DNA of 64,000 nucleotides from Candidatus Peribacteria bacterium (GTDB lineage Bacteria; Patescibacteriota; Gracilibacteria; Absconditabacterales; Absconditicoccaceae): NCBI GenBank assembly GCA_023898485.1, contig CP060225.1, positions 548,848 to 612,847 of the forward strand, read 5' to 3'. Shown piece by piece: positions 56,401 to 64,000 of this stretch (position 1 is its first letter; each line of letters starts with the position of its first letter). The notes under the pieces were generated by a model. It saw only the letters and a program-made list of their open reading frames with translations, ran no database searches and was not told where the DNA came from. The position numbers and the translations under genes were made by a program.

Positions 56401-57498
56401 TTACTCTCACTTCTTATGATTGACTAATTCAAACGATACCTTCTTGATCCAATAGAGATAAATGTGTGTGCCAAAAAATAATCATGCTAAGATACCAAAA
56501 ATCACTACTTTCTGCCAACGATATTCACCCTGCAACAATACAAGTACTGCCATTACGAGTGATAATATCCGAATAAACCATCTAATTTCAGATTTGTTTC
56601 GTCATAATTTTAGTAGTCTATGGTGGAGATGTGTATAGTCGCCCTTGAGTGGGCTTTTTTTCATTACAAAAATACGATTGATCACTACTCGAATGAAATC
56701 AAACAGTGGTAAAGCAAGTACAATAAGCACTGTACCTATCTTTGCTCCTCCTAACAATGCAAGATATGCAAGACTAAACCCATAAAACCAACTGCCCACA
56801 TCACGCAATAGTCCATATGGCTTATATTCCACAATAGTATATACAAGCGACGAAATAGTCAGTATAGCACCTATAGTGGTCACCACCTTCAGTACTACTG
56901 CATGTCAAGCAGATATATCGGGAAATGATGGTATCACAATCCACTGCACCAAGGCAACGATACTTGCAAAACCTATAGCAGACAGTCATGATGCTTGCCC
57001 ATACGCATAATCGAATCGGTTAATGGCGTTGATAAAAACTATGAACCATCATACTACAACTATGATACCTAATCGTAGTGGTATATTGTATCCCATCACC
57101 TGTATGTCATAAAGACCCGCCTTATAAATCACGAAACCAAGAATCAGTAATTGTATTGCTAGTTTGATCCATGATGGAATCACATCAATCAAATATGGTG
57201 ATCATTGGCGTTCTGCCTGACGGATTGCTAATAGTTCATCGATAAAGTTAAATAGTACCATCAATCATCACCCTACTAGTAGTGGTCGCGTAGCGGGATG
57301 TCTCAAAACATCAGGAAACTGTGTGAGTGCAGCCACGACTGCCACGTAGAGGAAGATGCCCTGTAGAGTCGGAACTGGCTTTCTTGGCGGGATAATATCT
57401 GGTCACGGCTTATCTAGCAAACCGATGGCGCGAGATATATGCAATCCGCCTATCGCTATACAGATAATTATAATGATAGCTCGTATCCGATGTGTCAT
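56401..57498 (-). CDS. Glycosyltransferase family 4 (MraY/WecA/TagO-like polyprenyl-phosphate sugar-phosphate transferase), divergent
   Basis: About 10 TM helices. INAINRFDYAYGQAS(G)L sits in place of the NxxNxxDGxDGL motif. C-terminal GDYTHLHHRLLKL(G). Many in-frame TGA. 365 aa. Confidence 0.6.
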
Positions 57499-57582
57499 CA
57501 GTTCTGAAAGTATGATAAAGACATAGTATTTGTTTATCCTGCTATCTGTCGATTTGTATCTCATTGATCCGACTATAGTTGT

Positions 57583-58044
57583 CTAGCGATTCTCTTTTAG
57601 CAGTTGGTCTATATTAGGTGCGCCACACTCAGGACAATATGCATATGATGCAGGATATGGTTGGTGGCACTCTCTACACTTGATATGTATTTTCTCACCA
57701 CAAAAGACACAATGTGTATGATGCGGGTTGTTGCGATGACCACAACTTAAACATATTGCCGCATTCTGTGATTGTCATCATTCATATTTTTCACGATAAC
57801 GAGCCGGTCTCAATGCAATATATAACGGAAGGCCTATGATCGGTCATCATATGGTTACCAGTATAATATACCAAAATTGCTTTATGATAGACTGAGTACG
57901 AGCATTGCTGTCTTTTGTGGTCCATACGATAGCTATGATCCAGAAAAAAAGTACCAATCCCCATATAACAGCGACTATAACAGCTGTTGATTCATTTGGT
58001 CATAAAAACACCGCGCTTGCTGTCTTTAGAGATGATCCTGTCAT
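57583..58044 (-). CDS. Membrane protein with PLD-N-like TM pair and C-terminal double zinc ribbon
   Basis: VWTTKDSNARTQSIIKQFWYIILVTI(G)(G)PIIGLPLYIALR, then CLSCGH...CVFCGE...CRECH...CPECG. 153 aa. Confidence 0.55.
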
Positions 58045-58076
58045 TGATATATATACAAATGTATAAAGAGTAATAG

Positions 58077-60311
58077 TTAGCGAATGTGAACGATGCGGAT
58101 TGTATGAAAATATGAATGTTTTTTCAAGGCATGACGCAAAAGGTCAAATTTGGCTGGGTTGGTACCGTGTGTAGTGATCTTTACTGATCCAGGAGTGAAC
58201 CTATCTTTCTGATTTTGTACCTGTATCTTATCTATTAAGATACGATAGTCCGACATCATTCCCAATAGAGCGGTTAGATTGCGCTGAGGATGATCAATGG
58301 TGATAGACAATGTAATGGCATAGTTAGTCACTCCTTCATGTTGTCGATGAGCCTCCATAAGAGACTGAATATTAGCAGTTTCTACCCCCTGACAACTTAC
58401 TTCATGTATCACAATACCACTTTTCCCACTCTTGGCAATGATTTTGTCTTTCATGGTGGGATGACAATTGGTACACAAACGGTATGAAAGATGATGATGG
58501 TGATCAATAATGACATTATCGTGAGATCATCATGATCACTCATACAGTAGCGGTATTGCTGTTTGTGGCGTGATCGTGGTATCGGTATGATCATGAAACG
58601 CACGTCGCTGTTCTGGATATGCTTCCCTAAAAAACAATGAATATGACTCTTGTTTATGATACATATCGATCAGATGTTTCTCCCACTCATCATGTCTATA
58701 GAGCTTGCGTACCTGATCAGCATCGCTACCAATCAGAGGTAATTTCCACTCTGTGAGTCTGGTTTGCAGTTTTGCTAATGAACGTATAATGATTTCATCC
58801 CTTTCTTGTTTTTTTATATGCTTTTGGAGTTTATTTCTGGCAGAGGATGTATGTAGAAAGTCTCACCAGTATTTCGTTGCTGTAATTTTATTTCTATAAG
58901 ATTTTATATCGATAATGTCACCTGATTGAGGTTGGTAACCAATGGGCTTTATCACACCGTTTACAATGGCACTTTTGAATGAAAGAGCAATATCGGTGTG
59001 GATGCGAAATGCAAAATCAAGTACAGTGCTTCCTTGTGGCATTTCGAATATATCTCATTTCGGTGTATAGAGGAAAATACTTTTAGACAGAATCTGTAAC
59101 TTCATCTCCTCCTTGAATGACTCTTTGTCATCAGAGGTCTGATAGGTTGCAACTAGATCTTGTAGACGCTTGATCCATGCAGACTGACTTTCAGAAATGT
59201 GATCAGCGGCATGGCGGTCACTGTAAACGAAATGTGCTGCTACACCATATTCTGCAATATCATCCATCTTTTGGGTCCTAATTTGTACCTCTACTGGAAA
59301 GCGGAACATACCAATAACGGTTGTATGTAGACTCTGATAGCCGTTTGCCTTGGGAATAGATATATAATCCTTTATCTTCTTAACCATAGGTGTGTAGTTG
59401 CTATGTATGGCTCCAAGTACATTATAACAGTCTCCTACCGTATGTGCAACTACACGAAATGCCACAATATCTAACACTTGAGAAATCTCTGAAATGGACT
59501 GATTTCTCTCTACTTTCTCAAAAATTCTATACGGACTCTTGACACGTCCTTTGACAAAATGGTAGGGTATCTTCTCTTCACGTAGAAGCATCTCTATCTT
59601 GCGCTGACCACGCTGGATATAGGTACGCTCTGTACCAAAATTCTTCTGCAAATAGTGCATGATCTTGGTACATTCTTCTGGGTTGAGAATCATAAATGCA
59701 CCATTTTCAAGCAGAAGCTGATAACGATATAGTCCAAGTCTTTTTGCTACAGACACATAGATAAGCATAGTCTCCTCTGCAATACGTACACGCTTCTCAG
59801 GTTTGGGATGAAAATGAAGTGTCTGGATATTGTGAATACGATCAACAATTTTTATAAAAATTACGCGTAGATCGTATGCCATAGCAAGGAAGGTTTTCTT
59901 TAGTGTTTCTAGTTGACGTTCCTCTCCTCTGTATTTGATCGTAGATACCTTTACTAGTCATTCACATAAAATAGCCACTTCTTCACCAAACTCCTTTTTA
60001 ATATCCTCATATGTAAGATCGGTATCCTCTATCACATCATGGAGAATACATGCTTGAATCGTTGCAATATCTGGTTTCATATCCATCAGGAATACGGTTG
60101 CCTTGAGTGGATGGGTAATGTATATCTCTCCTGAAAGTCTTACTTGGTCGCCATGCGCTTGACGTGCATACTCGTATGTATGTTGAATCAGCGGCAATTG
60201 TTCTGTTGGTAGATATCTCCTTGCTTGCTTAATAATGTCATCTACCAGTATTTGTGGGTCATCAGTATGTGGCCTATAGTCCAGAAACTGCTGCAACCGC
60301 TTTACATGCAT
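58077..60311 (-). CDS. rel: Bifunctional (p)ppGpp synthetase/hydrolase, RelA/SpoT homologue
   Basis: HD domain (HPLKATVFL...ILHDVIEDT). Synthetase domain (...YQSLHTTVIG...PVEVQIRT). TGS domain (IFLYTPK(G)DIFEMPQGSTVLDFAFRIHT). ACT-like C-terminus. Three track ORFs in one frame, with gaps translated without TAA or TAG. Confidence 0.9.
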
Positions 60312-60339
60312 GGTGTCAAACTAATTAAACTAAATTCAC

Positions 60340-60990
60340 CTATTCTTCGAAATTGGTCACCAAACCACATAGCTCAATATCATTACCTATTCACAAACTA
60401 CTGGTCACTCTTACACAGAAATGGAACTCTTTGGGTATAGTGTCGCTACAATCTTGCGAAACTCCACCATTACTATATGTGCTACTACCATCTACACAGG
60501 TAATAGCGGTACCTGTTTGTTTGTCATACAATCATTTACCAATCACTACTCTATAGTATGGACTCTTCTGATCTTCAGGACATGCAGGATTTGTGGTATA
60601 TTTGCCATCCTGAAGACACAACCTAAAAGCCTCGTTGTACACATCGGAAGAAACTTCAAATGGTTGTCCTATGGGCACCATAAACCAGTAACCATCATGT
60701 CTTAGACTATAATTAACATTACCCTGTGCCCATCCATCCTCAGGAACAAAGGGATTAACTCCTAGTCGATAATAATCTTTCATACCCGATCAACGGAGCC
60801 GATTGGTATTTCTGATTTGATAAACAGCCTCCATTCCCTCTCTCGCAAGATTGATGGCAATGACTTCATTTTTTGTCTTGTCTAAAAACGTAATACTGCG
60901 AGATATTCCCCTTATAACAGCCACTAATCCGACAGCTATCACGGTCATTGCAATAGCTAATTCAATCAATGTAAATCAACGTTTTGACAT
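60340..60990 (-). CDS. Type IV pilin-like protein (prepilin-type N-terminal cleavage/methylation domain)
   Basis: MSKR(G)FTLIELAIAMTVIAVGLVAV. The cleavage-site Gly is a TGA codon. 216 aa. TAG at 60340-60342. Confidence 0.7.
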
Positions 60991-61082
60991 TGCAACGGAA
61001 AAAGTAAAACCTATGATAGAGGCTACTTATTATCTTATGAAGAAGCAAGTTCAATTTTTATGTATTTATCGTAATAATCACC

Positions 61083-61739
61083 ATGTTTGTTGGTTATGAC
61101 TATGTGCTGCTTGGGCTCCTTGTGGTGAGTGCGCTGATCGTACTTACTATATGAAGAAGGTGATGAATGACTCATCTTATTCTAGGCTGTTATTTGCTTA
61201 TTCTCTTTGCTCTTGGATTACATCGATCATTGAATGCTCTTATTGTCTGGCTTCATAGTACGCCTGAACAGGTAGGCATCTTTATGATATCATATTGATC
61301 ATTTGCTGTCTTCTTTACCCATATACAGTGATGGTTTGTATGACTTATCGTGGGGTTTTTATGATGGCAAATGATGTATGGCTCTTCTTTTGGCGCGCTC
61401 TCTCATGGAACCATGACTTATCGTCTCCGGAACACACTACAAACTATCTTATCAGTTATCATTGTGCGGATATTGTGTATGGTAACATGGTCTTGATCCA
61501 TCTTCTTCACTACAGCACTATGATCGTGGTCTGATGCTACTTTTTATAATCCAATCATTCGTCAAATAGTGTATTGGCTACCAGGTATCCTCGCATTGCA
61601 TGTGCTCTTTACTATTACTGCCACTACTACCTTTAGTAGATTTATCAATATATCTCTCTCTATGGGCAGTAGGTGAGGTGGTGAAAGGGATGCTATTTAT
61701 GTCGAAAGGGAAGATTCTACTAGACATATTGTGGAATAG
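61083..61739 (+). CDS. Possible multi-TM membrane protein (frame choice uncertain)
   Basis: The frame from ATG 61083 is open to TAG 61737-61739 if about 12 TGA are read as Gly, and it gives hydrophobic Gly-rich segments. An alternative frame (track ORF 61295-61534) cannot be excluded. Confidence 0.3.
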
Positions 61740-61825
61740 CGGCCCTCGATGACTCCAATATATGACACTACACATACAACATAATTCTTATATCCTTCTT
61801 TTAGAGGATCTACTCTTGATCCATC

Positions 61826-64000
61826 ATGACCGATATCCAACCAACACTTCTCAGGACTACGGGCAAATATACGAATTTGCTCATAGAAAACGGTATCCGC
61901 ACCATGCGTGATCGATACGCATATTTTCCTCGTACGTACGAAGATCGTAGTCAGGTCGTGTCGTTGTCTGATATTTTTTTCCAGTCACTGGACAAAACTG
62001 CAGTCATCGCTCATGCGCAGTGCATCGAGAAAACCGTCGTCATCCGCCAGAAGAAATACCGACAACTCACGTTCCGCGATCATGATGGCAAAGAAGCGTT
62101 CGCATTATTCAATTACCGCCAAAGCTACCTCATCCAACATGTCAAAAAAGATGGACGATATCTCATCATCGGTCGCACTGCGATCAAAGCTGGTCAGCTC
62201 ACCTTCCGATATCCGGAAATCATCGACTCTGACGAAACCTACGACGAATCCAAAGTACAATCTCATCAGATTGGGCGTATCTATCCCATCTACCCCGAAC
62301 TCCAAGGGATCAAACCCTCACGATTTGCTACCAAAATGCGACAGACCCTCGACTACGTCGGCGAATATATCCATGAGCATCTCCCCGACGACGTCCGTCT
62401 CCGCTACGAACTCCCTGATGTCGTGACAGCCACTCGCCAGATGCACTATCCTGACTCTCGAGAGGATTTTCGTCAAGCACAGAGGAGAGTGATGTGGGAT
62501 CGTCTGCTCCGTATGCAGCTGTATAGTCAGCTCTATCGTCAGTCGTACCAGCAGACATGGGTAGAGGAGTCTGATGATGATTTGGATGTCTTCCGCGTGA
62601 TGCAGAGGAAGCAAGCACCCGAACAAGAAGCATTATTGACAGTGGAATTATCCCCCCGCTCTCAGCAAGCTTCGACCACCCCCCTTGCTCAAGGGGGGCA
62701 AGATGAGTGAAACAAGTCTGGGGGGATAGTTTCCGCCCCTAGCCGACCCCGCATCACCGAATTCATCTCTACACTTCCCTTCGAGCTCACCACTGCTCAA
62801 AAAAAGGTCATCAAAGAAATGATCATCGATATCCATCGTGGCGTCCCCATGATGCGCTTACTCCAGGGAGATGTAGGTAGCGGTAAGACGGTTGTTGCGA
62901 CAGCCATCGCTTACTATCTCGCCAAAGAAACAGGTCAGCAGACAGCCTTTCTCGCTCCGCTTTCCATCTTGGCGCAGCAGCACTATCAGAGTATTTCTCG
63001 CTTATTGTTACCTCTCGGAGTCCGTGTCTGATTCCTCGCAGGATCACTCACTGCTCGTCAAAAACAGCAGACCAAAGATGCCATCGCCCAAGGGAAAATC
63101 GATGTCCTCATCGGCACTCATGCCATCATCCAAGAGGACGTACACTTCCATGATCTAGGGCTTGCCATAGTCGACGAGCAGCACAAGTTTGGAGTCAGAC
63201 AGAGATCGTTTTTTCACCGCGAAGGATCGCCGCATATCATACAGATGAGTGCGACCCCTATCCCTCGCTCACTCGCGCTGACGTATTTTGGTGAATTCGA
63301 TGTCTCGGTCATCGATGAGATGCCTGCGGGACGTCTCCCTATCCAGACCAAGATCATCACTCCCGGCGAGCTCACCAAGCTCCGTGAGCGATTTTTGCAA
63401 AAACTTGACGCTGGCCAGAAGCTTTTCGTCGTGACGCCACTCATCGAAGAATCCGAACAGATGGAAGATCTCAAAGCTGTCACCCAAGCATACCAAGAAA
63501 CGATTGATTGGTTATGACAGGATGTCTCGGTGGCCATGATCCACGGTAAGATGAAACCGACCGAAAAAGATCAAATCATGGCAGACTTCAAATCAGGAAA
63601 ATATCGTGTTCTCGTAGCGACGACGGTCATCGAAGTCGGAGTAGATATTCCCGAAGCTACTATGATGATCATCCACAATGCCGAACGCTTCTGACTTTCG
63701 CAGCTCCATCAGCTCCGTGGACGTATCGGTCGTAATGATCTGCAGTCATACTGCTTCCTCGAGATGAAGCGTAGATCAGGTGACACCTACCAGAGATTGC
63801 AAGCGATGGAGCAGACGACGGATGGATTCCGCCTGGCAGAGATCGATCTCCAGTACAGAGGAGCGGGAGAGATACTGGGTACGCGTCAGTCAGGAGAGAC
63901 GGACATCCCTCTCGAGTGGCTTACCAATACAGCATTCGTCGATTTGGTAAGAGATGCAGCACAGTATATCATCCAGACCTATCCTGATCTCGAAGAGCTT
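61826..64000 (+). CDS. recG: ATP-dependent DNA helicase RecG (3' end outside window)
   Basis: Wedge-domain N-terminus. LPFELTTAQKKVIKEM...LLQGDVGSGKTVVA...IVDEQHKFGV...QMSATPIPRSLA...ATTVIEVGVDIPEA...QLHQLRGRIGR. Track ORFs 61826-, 62819- and 63245- share one frame and are joined by TGA. Confidence 0.9.

Noticed and set aside
61295-61534. Track ORF 61295-61534 as the true gene in the 61.1-61.7 kb region.
   Set aside because: Not fully rejected. The alternative UGA-rich frame from 61083 gives a longer, membrane-protein-like product, so I listed that one at low confidence. Neither frame has recognisable homology.
1-64000. Translation table 4 (UGA=Trp, Mycoplasma-like) as the explanation for in-frame TGA.
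   Set aside because: The recoded positions are classic invariant Gly sites (GPEGG, GE.G..LSGGQ, GxGxxG, the prepilin G|F site, Obg GGPxGG). Trp at these sites would be incompatible with the motifs.
1-64000. tRNA or rRNA genes in the longer intergenic regions (33546-34006, 38493-38982, 43094-43407, 44549-44772).
   Set aside because: I recognised no GTTCGAATC-type T-arm or cloverleaf, and no rRNA-like conserved blocks. A tRNAscan/Infernal run would be needed for certainty.

Overview
The standard-code ORF track is misleading for this window. Conserved housekeeping genes appear split at TGA, and those TGA codons fall on invariant glycines: ABC GE(R)G..LSGGQ, RsmE GPEGG, Obg GGPxGG, the FAD GxGxxG motif, and the prepilin G|FTLIE cleavage site. 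Every gene I could close ends in TAA or TAG. I therefore read the window with translation table 25 (UGA=Gly), which points to a Gracilibacteria/Absconditabacteria (SR1)-type Candidate Phyla Radiation chromosome. Retranslated by hand, the fragments fuse into about 50 genes.

Housekeeping genes: recA, recX, holB, rpmE, ndk, sbcC, rnc, obg, rlmN, murB, ssb, rel, recG, rsmE, two MsbA-like ABC exporters, comF, an LCP protein, a GT4/MraY-like transferase and a type IV pilin.

Accessory content:
- Two tandem genes of about 1130 aa of unknown function, followed by an NlpC/P60-like hydrolase (6643-14386).
- An AbiEi/AbiEii toxin-antitoxin pair.
- A 1971-aa membrane-embedded multi-enzyme giant protein (20146-26061, about 50 in-frame UGA) that ends in an R-S-E ADP-ribosyltransferase toxin domain.
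- A peptidoglycan-binding protein carrying six perfect 111-bp in-frame repeats.
- Two tyrosine recombinases.
- AT-rich, UGA-free candidate foreign genes: an S66 peptidase, a metzincin lipoprotein and a pyrophosphatase.
- An N-terminally truncated uvrB.

Non-coding structure: a 10-bp-phased inverted heptamer array shared by the recA and recX-operon upstream regions, a dispersed hairpin-ended repeat family, a hairpin cluster, and one orphan promoter-to-terminator unit.

I recognised no rRNA, tRNA or CRISPR array. All domain calls come from motif recognition by eye, not from searches.
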